Below, piece by piece: positions 1 to 13,300 of a stretch of 64,000 nucleotides of DNA. The stretch spans positions 1,488,001 through 1,552,000 of the forward strand of contig JAUPSS010000002.1 in assembly GCA_040285825.1 (NCBI GenBank), read 5' to 3'. Both the position numbers and the translations under genes were made by a program. Every line of letters starts with the position of its first letter. The first letter of the stretch is position 1. The stretch comes from Eukaryota sp. TZLM1-RC (taxonomy: Eukaryota > Protista > Metamonada: BaSk clade). Below the pieces are notes generated by a model that saw only the letters and a program-made list of their open reading frames with translations, did not search any database and was not told the origin of the DNA.

Positions 1-3000
1 TTACATCTCAGGAAGAAACAACTTTTTCTCAACCCATGGAAAGCGAAATTGGAGAAGATATAGAGTTGAACGAACCAGTCGTTGGAGAAACGGCTCCTCC
101 TCAACTTTCAGTAAGAACCTCTTCTTCTGACAGACCCATGCGTATTGAGGACCTTCAATCCTCAAGAAGAGCTATCGACATGAGCATAGCCAGTAGCCTT
201 CATAGACAAATTGACTCACGGTTTAAGGACATCGACTATAAAAAGACCTCGATTATCCGCTGATGACCCTATCAATAAAATGTCTATCATAGCTTTTCTT
301 TTGAAATACCAAACTTGGGATAAATACGGGCAAAAGATAGCTAATAAAGGCTTTGAAGCACCAGGTTAATCATATTGGACCAGAGCCTTCATGATAGCTA
401 CCCAGCTTTTCGGAGAAGGTCAAACAGAGATAACCCAAGATAGAATTAAAGATCTCCCCAAACATATATGTGACGAGATCACAAGGGACACAACTCAGCC
501 TTTGGTAAAAATTGACCCAGCTATAACAGATAAGCTCGATACGTCCCGGTACCTGTAGTAAGACAAGACGTTACATCTCAGGAAGAAACAACTTTTTCTC
601 AACCCATGGAAAGCGAAATTGGAGAAGATATAGAGTTGAACGAACCAGTCGTTGGAGAAACGGCTCCTCCTCAACTTTCAGTAAGAACCTCTTCTTCTGA
701 CAGACCCATGCGTATTGAGGACCTTCAATCCTCAAGAAGAGCTATCGACATGAGCATAGCCAGTAGCCTTCATAGACAAATTGACTCACGGTTTAAGGAC
801 ATCGACTATAAAAGACCTCGATTATCCGCTGATGACCCTATCAATAAAATGTCTATCATAGCTTTTCTTTTGAAATACCAAACTTGGGATAAATACGGGC
901 AAAAGATAGCTAATAAAGGCTTTGAAGCACCAGGTTAATCATATTGGACCAGAGCCTTCATGATAGCTACCCAGCTTTTCGGAGAAGGTCAAACAGAGAT
1001 AACCCAAGATAGAATTAAAGATCTCCCCAAACATATATGTGACGAGATCACAAGGGACACAAATCAGCCTTTGGTAAAAATTGACCCAGCTATAACAGAT
1101 AAGCTCGATACGTCCCGGTACCTGTAGTAAGACAAGACGTTACATCTCAGGAAGAAACAACTTTTTCTCAACCCATGGAAAGCGAAATTGGAGAAGATAT
1201 AGAGTTGAACGAACCAGTCGTTGGAGAAACGGCTCCTCCTCAACTTTCAGTAAGAACCTCTTCTTCTGACAGACCCATGCGTATTGAGGACCTTCAATCC
1301 TCAAGAAGAGCTATCGACATGAGCATAGCCAGTAGCCTTCATAGACAAATTGACTCACGGTTTAAGGACATCGACTATAAAAGACCTCGATTATCCGCTG
1401 ATGACCCTATCAATAAAATGTCTATCATAGCTTTTCTTTTGAAATACCAAACTTGGGATAAATACGGGCAAAAGATAGCTAATAAAGGCTTTTGAAGCAC
1501 CAGGTTAATCATATTGGACCAGAGCCTTCATGATAGCTACCCAGCTTTTCGGAGAAGGTCAAACAGAGATAACCCAAGATAGAATTAAAGATCTCCCCAA
1601 ACATATATGTGACGAGATCACAAGGGACACAACTCAGCCTTTGGTAAAAATTGACCCAGCTATAACAGATAAGCTCGATACGTCCCGGTACCTGTAGTAA
1701 GACAAGACGTTACATCTCAGGAAGAAACAACTTTTTCTCAACCCATGGAAAGCGAAATTGGAGAAGATATAGAGTTGAACGAACCAGTCGTTGGAGAAAC
1801 GGCTCCTCCTCAACTTTCAGTAAGAACCTCTTCTTCTGACAGACCCATGCGTATTGAGGACCTTCAATCCTCAAGAAGAGCTATCGACATGACCATAGCC
1901 AGTAGCCTTCATAGACAAATTGACTCACGGTTTAAGGACATCGACTATAAAAGACCTCGATTATCCGCTGATGACCCTATCAATCAAATGTCTATCATAG
2001 CTTTTCTTTTGAAATACCAAACTTGGGATAAATACGGGCAAAAGATAGCTAATAAAGGCTTTGAAGCACCAGGTTAATCATATTGGACCAGAGCCTTCAT
2101 GATAGCTACCCAGCTTTTCGGAGAAGGTCAAACAGAGATAACCCAAGATAGAATTAAAGATCTCCCCAAACATATATGTGACGAGATCACAAGGGACACA
2201 AATCAGCCTTTGGTAAAAATTGACCCAGCTAAAACAGATAAGCTCGATACGTCCCGGTACCTGTAGTAAGACAAGACGTTACATCTCAGGAAGAAACAAC
2301 TTTTTCTCAACCCATGGAAAGCGAAATTGGAGAAGATATAGAGTTGAACGAACCAGTCGTTGGAGAAACGGCTCCTCCTCAACTTTCAGTAAGAACCTCT
2401 TCTTCTGACAGACCCATGCGTATTGAGGACCTTCAATCCTCAAGAAGAGCTATCGACATGAGCATAGCCAGTAGCCTTCATAGACAAATTGACTCACGGT
2501 TTAAGGACATCGACTATAAAAGACCTCGATTATCCGCTGATGACCCTATCAATAAAATGTCTATCATAGCTTTTCTTTTGAAATACCAAACTTGGGATAA
2601 ATACGGGCAAAAGATAGCTAATAAAGGCTTTGAAGCACCAGGTTAATCATATTGGACCAGAGCCTTCATGATAGCTACCCAGCTTTTCGGAGAAGGTCAA
2701 ACAGAGATAACCCAAGATAGAATTAAAGATCTCCCCAAACATATATGTGACGAGATCACAAGGGACACAACTCAGCCTTTGGTAAAAATTGACCCAGCTA
2801 TAACAGATAAGCTCGATACGTCCCGGTACCTGTAGTAAGACAAGACGTTACATCTCAGGAAGAAACAACTTTTTCTCAACCCATGGAAAGCGAAATTGGA
2901 GAAGATATAGAGTTGAACGAACCAGTCGTTGGAGAAACGGCTCCTCCTCAACTTTCAGTAAGAACCTCTTCTTCTGACAGACCCATGCGTATTGAGGACC

Positions 3001-6000
3001 TTCAATCCTCAAGAAGAGCTATCGACATGACCATAGCCAGTAGCCTTCATAGACAAATTGACTCACGGTTTAAGGACATCGACTATAAAAGACCTCGATT
3101 ATCCGCTGATGACCCTATCAATAAAATGTCTATCATAGCTTTTCTTTTGAAATACCAAACTTGGGATAAATACGGGCAAAAGATAGCTAATAAAGGCTTT
3201 GAAGCACCAGGTTAATCATATTGGACCAGAGCCTTCATGATAGCTACCCAGCTTTTCGGAGAAGGTCAAACAGAGATAACCCAAGATAGAATTAAAGATC
3301 TCCCCAAACATATATGTGACGAGATCACAAGGGACACAACTCAGCCTTTGGTAAAAATTGACCCAGCTATAACAGATAAGCTCGATACGTCCCGGTACCT
3401 GTAGTAAGACAAGACGTTACATCTCAGGAAGAAACAACTTTTTCTCAACCCATGGAAAGCGAAATTGGAGAAGATATAGAGTTGAACGAACCAGTCGTTG
3501 GAGAAACGGCTCCTCCTCAACTTTCAGTAAGAACCTCTTCTTCTGACAGACCCATGCGTATTGAGGACCTTCAATCCTCAAGAAGAGCTATCGACATGAG
3601 CATAGCCAGTAGCCTTCATAGACAAATTGACTCACGGTTTAAGGACATCGACTATAAAAAGACCTCGATTATCCGCTGATGACCCTATCAATAAAATGTC
3701 TATCATAGCTTTTCTTTTGAAATACCAAACTTGGGATAAATACGGGCAAAAAGATAGCTAATAAAGGCTTTTGAAGCACCAGGTTAATCATATTGGACCA
3801 GAGCCTTCATGATAGCTACCCAGCTTTTCGGAGAAGGTCAAACAGAGATAACCCAAGATAGAATTAAAGATCTCCCCAAACATATACGTGACGAGATCAC
3901 AAGGGACACAACTCAGCCTTTGGTAAAAATTGACCCAGCTATAACAGATAAGCTCGATACGTCCCGGTACCTGTAGTAAGACAAGACGATACATCTCAGG
4001 AAGAAACAACTATTTCTCAACCCATGGAAAGCGAAATTGGAGAAGGTATAGAGTTGAACGAACCAGTCGTTGGAAAAACGGCTCCTCCTCAACTTTCAGT
4101 AAGAACCTCTTCTTCTGACAGACCCATGCGTATTGAGGACCTTCAATATTCAAGAAGAGCTATCGACATGAGCATAGCCAGTAGCCTTCATAGACAAATT
4201 GACTCACGGTTTAAGGACATCGACTATAAAAGACCTCGATTATCCGCTGATGACCCTATCAATAAAATGTCTATCATAGCTTTTCTTTTGAAATACCAAA
4301 CTTGGGATAAGTACGGGCAAAAGATAGCTAATAAAGGCTTTGAAGCACCAGGTTAATCATATTGGACCAGAGCCTTCATGATAGCTACCCAGCTTTTCGG
4401 AGAAGGTCAAACAGAGATAACCCAAGATAGAATTAAAGATCTCCCCAAACATATACGTGACGAGATCACAAGGGACACAACTCAGCCTTTGGTAAAAATT
4501 GACCCAGCTATAACAGATAAGCTCGATACGTCCCGGTACCTGTAGTAAGACAAGACGATACATCTCAGGAAGAAACAACTATTTCTCAACCCATGGAAAG
4601 CGAAATTGGAGAAGGTATAGAGTTGAACGAACCAGTCGTTGGAAAAACGGCTCCTCCTCAACTTTCAGTAAGAACCTCTTTTCTGACAGACCCATGCGTA
4701 TCGAGGACCTTCAATCCTCAAGAAGAGCTATCGACATGAGCATAGCCAGTAGCCTTCATAGACAAATTGACTCACGGTTTAAGGACATCGACTATAAAAG
4801 ACCTCGATTATCCGTTGATGACCCTATCAATAAAATGTCTATCATAGCTTTTCTTTTGAAATACCAAACTTGGGATAAATACGGGCAAAAGATAGCTAAT
4901 AAAGGCTTTGAAGCACCAGGTTAATCATATTGAGCCTTCATGGTAGCTACCCAGCTTTTCGGAGAAGGTCAAACAGAGATAACCCAAGATAGAATTAAAG
5001 ATCTCCCCAAACATATACGTGACGAGATCACAAGGGACACAACTCAGCCTTTGGTAAAAATTGACCCAGCTATAACAGATAAGCTCGATACGTCCCGGTA
5101 CCTGTAGTAAGACAAGACGTTACATCTCAGGAAGAAACAACTTTTTCTCAACCCATGGAAAGCGAAATTGGAGAAAGTATAGAGTTGAACGAACCAGTCG
5201 TTGGAAAAACGGCTCCTCCTCAACTTTCAGTAAGAACCTCTTTTCTGACAGACCCATGCGTATCGAGGACCTTCAATCCTCAAGAAAAGCTATCGACATG
5301 AGCATAGCCAGTAGCCTTCATAGACAAATTGACTCACGGTTTAAGGACATCGACTATAAAAAGACCTCGATTATCCGCTGATGACCCTATCAATAAAATG
5401 TCTATCATAGCTTTTCTTTTGAAATACCAAACTTGGGATAAATACGAGCAAAAAGATAGCTAATAAAGGCTTTGAAGCACCAGGTTAATCATATTGAGCC
5501 TTCATGGTAGCTACCCAGCTTTTCGGAGAAGGTCAAACAGAGATAACCCAAGATAGAATTAAAGATCTCCCCAAACATATACGTGACGAGATCACAAGGG
5601 ACACAACTCAGCCTTTGGTAAAAATTGACCCAGCTATAACAGATAAGCTCGATACGTCCCGGTACCTGTAGTAAGACAAGACGTTACATCTCAGGAAGAA
5701 ACAACTTTTTCTCAACCCATGGAAAGCGAAATTGGAGAAGGTATAGAGTTGAACGAACCAGTCGTTGGAAGAACGGCTCCTCCTCAACTTTCAGTAAGAA
5801 CCTCTTTTCTGACAGACCCATGCGTATCGAGGACCTTCAATCCTCAAGAGGAGCTATCGACATGAACATAGCCAGTAGCCTTCATAGACAAATTGACTCA
5901 CGGTTTAAGGACATCGACTATAAAGACCTCGATTATCCGCTGATGACCCTATCAATAAAATGTCTATCATAGCTTTTCTTTTGAAATACCAAACTTGGGA

Positions 6001-9000
6001 TAAATACGAGCAAAAGATAGCTAATAAAGGCTTTGAAGCACCAGGTTAATCATATTGGACCAGAGCCTTCATGGTAGCTACCCAGCTTTTCGGAGAAGGT
6101 CAAACAGAGATAACCCAAGATAGAATTAAAGATCTCCCCAAACATATACGTGACGAGATCACAAGGGACACAACTCAGCCTTTGGTAAAAATTGACCCAG
6201 CTATAACAGATAAGCTCGATACGTCCCGGTACCTGTAGTAAGACAAGACGATACATCTCAGGAAGAAACAACTATTTCTTAACCCATGGAAAGCGAAATT
6301 GGAGAAGGTATAGAGTTGAACGAACCAGTCGTTGGAAAAACGGCTCCTCCTCAACTTTCAGTAAGAACCTCTTTTCTGACAGACCCATGCGTATCGAGGA
6401 CCTTCAATCCTCAAGAAGAGCTATCGACATGAGCATAGCCAGTAGCCTTCATAGACAAATTGACTCACGGTTTAAGGACATCGACTATAAAAGACCTCGA
6501 TTATCCGTTGATGACCCTATCAATAAAATGTCTATCATAGCTTTTCTTTTGAAATACCAAACTTGGGATAAATACGGGCAAAAGATAGCTAATAAAGGCT
6601 TTGAAGCACCAGGTTAATCATATTGAGCCTTCATGGTAGCTACCCAGCTTTTCGGAGAAGGTCAAACAGAGATAACCCAAGATAGAATTAAAGATCTCCC
6701 CAAACATATACGTGACGAGATCACAAGGGACACAACTCAGCCTTTGGTAAAAATTGACCCAGCTATAACAGATAAGCTCGATACGTCCCGGTACCTGTAG
6801 TAAGACAAGACGTTACATCTCAGGAAGAAACAACTTTTTCTCAACCCATGGAAAGCGAAATTGGAGAAGGTATAGAGTTGAACGAACCAGTCGTTGGAAA
6901 AACGGCTCCTCCTCAACTTTCAGTAAGAACCTCTTTTCTGACAGACCCATGCGTATCGAGGACCTTCAATCCTCAAGAAAAGCTATCGACATGAGCATAG
7001 CCAGTAGCCTTCATAGACAAATTGACTCACGGTTTAAGGACATCGACTATAAAAGACCTCGATTATCCGCTGATGACCCTATCAATAAAATGTCTATCAT
7101 AGCTTTTCTTTTGAAATACCAAACTTGGGATAAATACGAGCAAAAGATAGCTAATAAAGGCTTTGAAGCACCAGGTTAATCATATTGAGCCTTCATGGTA
7201 GCTACCCAGCTTTTCGGAGAAGGTCAAACAGAGATAACCCAAGATAGAATTAAAGATCTCCCCAAACATATACGTGACGAGATCACAAGGGACACAACTC
7301 AGCCTTTGGTAAAAATTGACCCAGCTATAACAGATAAGCTCGATACGTCCCGGTACCTGTAGTAAGACAAGACGTTACATCTCAGGAAGAAACAACTTTT
7401 TCTCAACCCATGGAAAGCGAAATTGGAGAAGGTATAGAGTTGAACGAACCAGTCGTTGGAAGAACGGCTCCTCCTCAACTTTTAGTAAGAACCTCTTTTC
7501 TGACAGACCCATGCGTATCGAGGACCTTCAATCCTCAAGAGGAGCTATCGACATGAGCATAGCCAGTAGCCTTCATAGACAAATTGACTCACGGTTTAAG
7601 GACATCGACTATAAAGACCTCGATTATCCGCTGATGACCCTATCAATAAAATGTCTATCATAGCTTTTCTTTTGAAATACCAAACTTGGGATAAATACGA
7701 GCAAAAGATAGCTAATAAAGGCTTTGAAGCACCAGGTTAATCATATTGGACCAGAGCCTTCATGGTAGCTACCCAGCTTTTCGGAGAAGGTCAAACAGAG
7801 ATAACCCAAGATAGAATTAAAGATCTCCCCAAACATATACGTGACGAGATCACAAGGGACACAACTCAGCCTTTGGTAAAAATTGACCCAGCTATAACAG
7901 ATAAGCTCGATACGTCCCGGTACCTGTAGTAAGACAAGACGATACATCTCAGGAAGAAACAACTATTTCTCAACCCATGGAAAGCGAAATTGGAGAAGGT
8001 ATAGAGTTGAACGAACCAGTCGTTGGAAAAACGGCTCCTCCTCAACTTTCAGTAAGAACCTCTTTTCTGACAGACCCATGCGTATCGAGGACCTTCAATC
8101 CTCAAGAAGAGCTATCGACATGAGCATAGCCAGTAGCCTTCATAGACAAATTGACTCACGGTTTAAGGACATCGACTATAAAAGACCTCGATTATCCGTT
8201 GATGACCCTATCAATAAAATGTCTATCATAGCTTTTCTTTTGAAATACCAAACTTGGGATAAATACGGGCAAAAGATAGCTAATAAAGGCTTTGAAGCAC
8301 CAGGTTAATCATATTGAGCCTTCATGGTAGCTACCCAGCTTTTCGGAGAAGGTCAAACAGAGATAACCCAAGATAGAATTAAAGATCTCCCCAAACATAT
8401 ACGTGACGAGATCACAAGGGACACAACTCAGCCTTTGGTAAAAATTGACCCAGCTATAACAGATAAGCTCGATACGTCCCGGTACCTGTAGTAAGACAAG
8501 ACGTTACATCTCAGGAAGAAACAACTTTTTCTCAACCCATGGAAAGCGAAATTGGAGAAGGTATAGAGTTGAACGAACCAGTCGTTGGAAAAACGGCTCC
8601 TCCTCAACTTTCAGTAAGAACCTCTTTTCTGACAGACCCATGCGTATCGAGGACCTTCAATCCTCAAGAAAAGCTATCGACATGAGCATAGCCAGTAGCC
8701 TTCATAGACAAATTGACTCACGGTTTAAGGACATCGACTATAAAAGACCTCGATTATCCGCTGATGACCCTATCAATAAAATGTCTATCATAGCTTTTCT
8801 TTTGAAATACCAAACTTGGGATAAATACGAGCAAAAGATAGCTAATACAGGCTTTGAAGCACCAGGTTAATCATATTGAGCCTTCATGGTAGCTACCCAG
8901 CTTTTCGGAGAAGGTCAAACAGAGATAACCCAAGATAGAATTAAAGATCTCCCCAAACATATACGTGACGAGATCACAAGGGACACAACTCAGCCTTTGG

Positions 9001-9601
9001 TAAAAATTGACCCAGCTATAACAGATAAGCTCGATACGTCCCGGTACCTGTAGTAAGACAAGACGTTACATCTCAGGAAGAAACAACTTTTTCTCAACCC
9101 ATGGAAAGCGAAATTGGAGAAGGTATAGAGTTGAACGAACCAGTCGTTGGAAGAACGGCTCCTCCTCAACTTTCAGTAAGAACCTCTTTTCTGACAGACC
9201 CATGCGTATCGAGGACCTTCAATCCTCAAGAGGAGCTATCGACATGAGCATAGCCAGTAGCCTTCATAGACAAATTGACTCACGGTTTAAGGACATCGAC
9301 TATAAAAGACCTCGATTATCCGCTGATGACCCTATCAATAAAATGTCTATCATAGCTTTTCTTTTGAAATACCAAACTTGGGATAAATACGAGCAAAAGA
9401 TAGCTAATAAAGGCTTTGAAGCACCAGGTTAATCATATTGGACCAGAGCCTTCATGGTAGCTACCCAGCTTTTCGGAGAAGGTCAAACAGAGATAACCCA
9501 AGATAGAATTAAAGATCTCCCCAAACATATACGTGACGAGATCACAAGGGACACAGCTCAGCCTTTGGTAAAAATTGACCCAGCTATAACAGATAAGCTC
9601 G
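1..9601 (+). repeat. Tandem array, 17 copies of a ~562-572 bp unit derived from the 5' part of Ty3/Gypsy gag
   Basis: The unit's ATGGAAAGCGAAATT recurs at 36, 606, 1175, 1745, 2314, 2883, 3452, 4024, 4593, 5155, 5719, 6286, 6848, 7410, 7977, 8539 and 9101. The last copy leaves the array after GATAAGCTCG (9601) and continues into unique gag sequence. The array runs off the left edge of the window. Confidence 0.97.
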
Positions 9602-10710
9602 CACCACCAATCCACCATTACGATTTATTCAGGAGCATGGCGATGAGCACTTGCCCTACAGGAATATCCAGCATGATCGACCCTAACCTTCTATCAAGAT
9701 GGCAGAGTCAAGGCTTTCTCGGTGTTGAGTATACCGACACGGACGTCATAATATTTCTACTTAAAAGGACGCAATTCACATCATATCATGAGGCTTGTAC
9801 AGCTCTGATGAAGCCTAAACTAATCTGGAAAAAAATCCACAATAGGCATGATGCTGACAATGAGTTTGGTCGTTATGTAGAAGACTTTGGAGACCTCTTA
9901 AAAATGACCACCTACATGACCGACATGACTATTCCTAATTTGATTGGAGGAAGCAGTGGGCTGATAACCATTTCTTCCGCCCTAATAGCCGAATATTTCC
10001 TTATGGGTTTGGACAACTTTGCAATATCAAGTGAACTCCTCCCAGCATGGACTAGAGAATTTTTGTAGGATTCGCCTAACAGAACAACTTTACTCGATTC
10101 AATATCGACAACTAGAAGGCACTTCTTCGCTTGGTGTTTTACAGCAGGAAACAAGCCCACAATGGACATACTAAGGAACAGGGCTAACGAAGAAGATATT
10201 CCTTTGGGACTCACGGCGATGAGAACTTATTCAAGAAGAATAACCCCATCAGCCCAGGCTCCAGCAAAACGAGCAAGACGATCAGGTGGAAAGTCGAGAG
10301 GAACCCCTCAACACAAATACATCTCTGAAAAGCACGAACGAGAAGGTTCGAAATTCTATACATTCTGCAGTAACGTGGAAGGTAACAACCCTGTCGGCCA
10401 CATTGTATTCGAATGTAAAGATCCTCGTTGTGCTAGAAACAGAGTACCCAAAGAAGAAAGATTCAGTTTGGGAGAACAGAAGACACCTGCTAGTAGAGGC
10501 AGTGTAGAAAGGGGCCAAGGTGGACGAGGTAGACATGTGAATAGATTTAGATTGAGATGCCGTGGAGGTAGTTTTAGAGGAGATAGAGGAAGAGGTCAAT
10601 ATAAACCTGTATATAACACCAACATAACAGAGGACATTTCATCAAACGAATCCCCTACTGAGTCAAAACTTGACCCGTTCGAGTACGGTTCCTCACAAAC
10701 GGATCAATAA
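9454..10710 (+). pseudogene. Gypsy gag, unique 3' part (in-frame TAG at 10066-10068)
   Basis: ORFs 9454-10068 and 10162-10710 share a frame. Contains a CSN...GH...CKDPRC knuckle-like segment and an RGG-rich tail, and lies upstream of the protease. Confidence 0.75.
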
Positions 10711-10975
10711 CAGCAACCTGAATAGCAGGACAGGCAACTTTCCTAATCGGGTACATATCATTGCAATTAATCACAATCAATCAACAACCGATTTAGGAAA
10801 CCCGGTCAACAACTTTCCAACAGCTCAACAAAATCTCTTAATTCCTCTACAAATTCACCAAACCAGCTCTGACGTCAATAGTATTTATGATATTAATTCT
10901 ACGGTTAGTGAAAACCACATAAGATCCTAGCGTTCTCCATTTCTAAGACTGGAGATATCAATAAATGATATTGAA

Positions 10976-13300
10976 ATGATTGCAACTGTTGATTCGGCTG
11001 CGTTTTGTTCAGTTATTACTGCAGATGTAGCTGCACAATGCCACATGTCAATCAATAGCAAAGATACTATTCAGTTCTTACCAGCTAATAATGTATCTAA
11101 TAAATCGCTGGGGAGTGCAACTGGTATTATGTCGTTCAACGTAGGAAGCATTGCGCAACAAGTTCATTATAAACATACTCTATTCATAATCCCGGGTTCG
11201 AACAAATTATTAATAAGGACAGACATGTTAAAAACACTTGGGCTTCAGACAGATGATGGTCTTTTCATCAGATCAGACAAAGAACACCGCACTTTGTTAA
11301 ATGCAGAATCAGAATTCGACTCTAGAATCGCTCAACATTCGATTGGGAACTGATTTTGAGGAGCAATTGACAAGATCTGGATGTGAGATAAAATTAGATG
11401 ATATTAATAATAAATTAAAATTAACGAGTCTACTGAAAATTTTCTGCGATGTTTTTAGTGAAACTCCAAACAAAAAACGTATTGATTGTAGTCTTTTTAC
11501 AATCCCCTATCGCGATAGAAACGCTTTTGTACACAAACCTACTAGACGGTTAAATCCAAGCAAAATGGAAATAGCAAACAAAATATTTGATGAACTGATT
11601 CAAATGGGCTATGCAGTTGAATCTAATTATAAATTCAGCTCTCTTATTGTCTTAGTTATATATCCTGACGGCAAGAAACCCAGGCTAATTGGAGACTTTA
11701 GTGGTAAAGATGGTGTTAATGTCCAAACAATTTCTGTCGAATCCAATTTACCGCGGATTAGTGATACATTAGCATTCTTAAGCAGCGCTGACTACATTGC
11801 CACACTTGATCTACCAAAAGCTTTCTGGCAAATGAATGTAGCAGAAAAAGATATTGAAAAAACATCAATTTCAATACCTGCAAGGTCCATTATGTTTGAA
11901 AGAGCTTGCTTCGGTTTAAAGAATATCCCAGCAATATTTCAAAATGTAATGACGAAAATTCTCCAAATAGACGGCGTTTTTTATATACATAGACGACATT
12001 ATAATAGTCGGTACTTCATTTAATGAATTCTACAAAAGACTACAAATAGTCCTCGAATGTGCCAGAAAAAGACGGGTAAACATTGGTTTACGAAAATGCA
12101 AATTCGTCACAGCCAAACACCCCATTGCCATATCAGGAAGCACCTTCCAGAACAAAACTAGGTTTATTAGCAAGAAAAAGATTGAAGCCCTTATGAGTAT
12201 ACCCAGATTAAAGACAGTGAAAGAGGTTCGCTCCATGGTTGGATCAATCAATTACATAAGAGATTGACTTCCTGGAATTTGTGGACTGATAGCTCCAATT
12301 AACGAGTTAATAAAGGGAAAATTTAGAATTATGAAATGGACCAATGAGTATGACGATTATCTCAAACAAATCAAAGACTTAAGAGTAAACCACATGCACC
12401 TTGAATAACCAGCTCCGGGCAAGCGAGTATAAGTAAGTACTGACGCTTCAGATGTAGCAGTAGGAGGCGTGATTTGGCAAGAAATTGAACCCTACTCCCC
12501 TGCAGAAATCCCGCTAAATAAAAGGAAAGTGAAACCTTTGTCATTCTATAGTGAATTACTTACAGAAACACAATGAAAATGGTCCACTTTACAGAAAGAA
12601 CTATATGCAATACTTTTGATTTTAACTGAAAGTTGTTGAGAAAACTACCTGTTAACTAGACATTTAACAATTTTCACTGATCACAAAAACATTGCATTCC
12701 TGGCTACAGCCCCAGAGAAAAATTAAATCGTAAAGAGGTAGTTGTTTTTTGAATTAGCCGATACTATCTGAATTCGACTTTGATATAGTCCATGAACCAG
12801 ATGAAGATAACCATTGGGCAGATGTGCTATCGAGGAATATTGATTTGGATCAAAACGAGGAAACTTCTTCCATTTGTAGTATAAATATACCAGATACTTT
12901 ATTTTCGAATTACGAGATACCTCCACTAGACGATGATTCTGATTCGGACTTTGAAGATGTCCCATCAATTTCATCTTTAAGTAGACACCAAGACTTACCC
13001 ATTTTTTCTTCTTGGTTCTCTAAAATAAGATCTGAACAACAAATAGCAAAAAACAACAATGACTCTTTATTTAAAAATGCAATTCTAGATGAAAATACTC
13101 ATATTTGGAAAAATAATAAAAATAAAGTTTTAATCCCAAAAAAGCCTCCGAAAACAGCCACTATTACTAATACATGGTTTATTTTATTCCAATCTGGCCA
13201 CCCCAGCAAAAACGATAGTTTACACAAACTATCCAAAAGTGATTTCTACCGGCCTAATATGAGAAAGGACCTCATAAATTATGTCAAAAGTTGCCCAACT
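10976..13300 (+). pseudogene. Gypsy pol 5' part: aspartyl protease, RT, RNase H, integrase Zn-binding start
   Basis: Motifs VDSAA, PRLIGDF, LDLPKAFWQ, FGLKNIPAIFQ, YIDD, TDASD, TDHKN, WADVLSR and GHPSK...VKSCPT. Confidence 0.9.

Noticed and set aside
1-9601. CRISPR-like array, or a tandem family of 110-aa genes
   Set aside because: There are no unique spacers; the units are near-identical gag fragments with a shared premature stop.
9424-12800. Alternative genetic code (TAA/TAG read-through) or programmed gag read-through
   Set aside because: Host genes end normally in TAA, TAG and TGA; internal stops occur only in decayed elements, alongside frameshifts.
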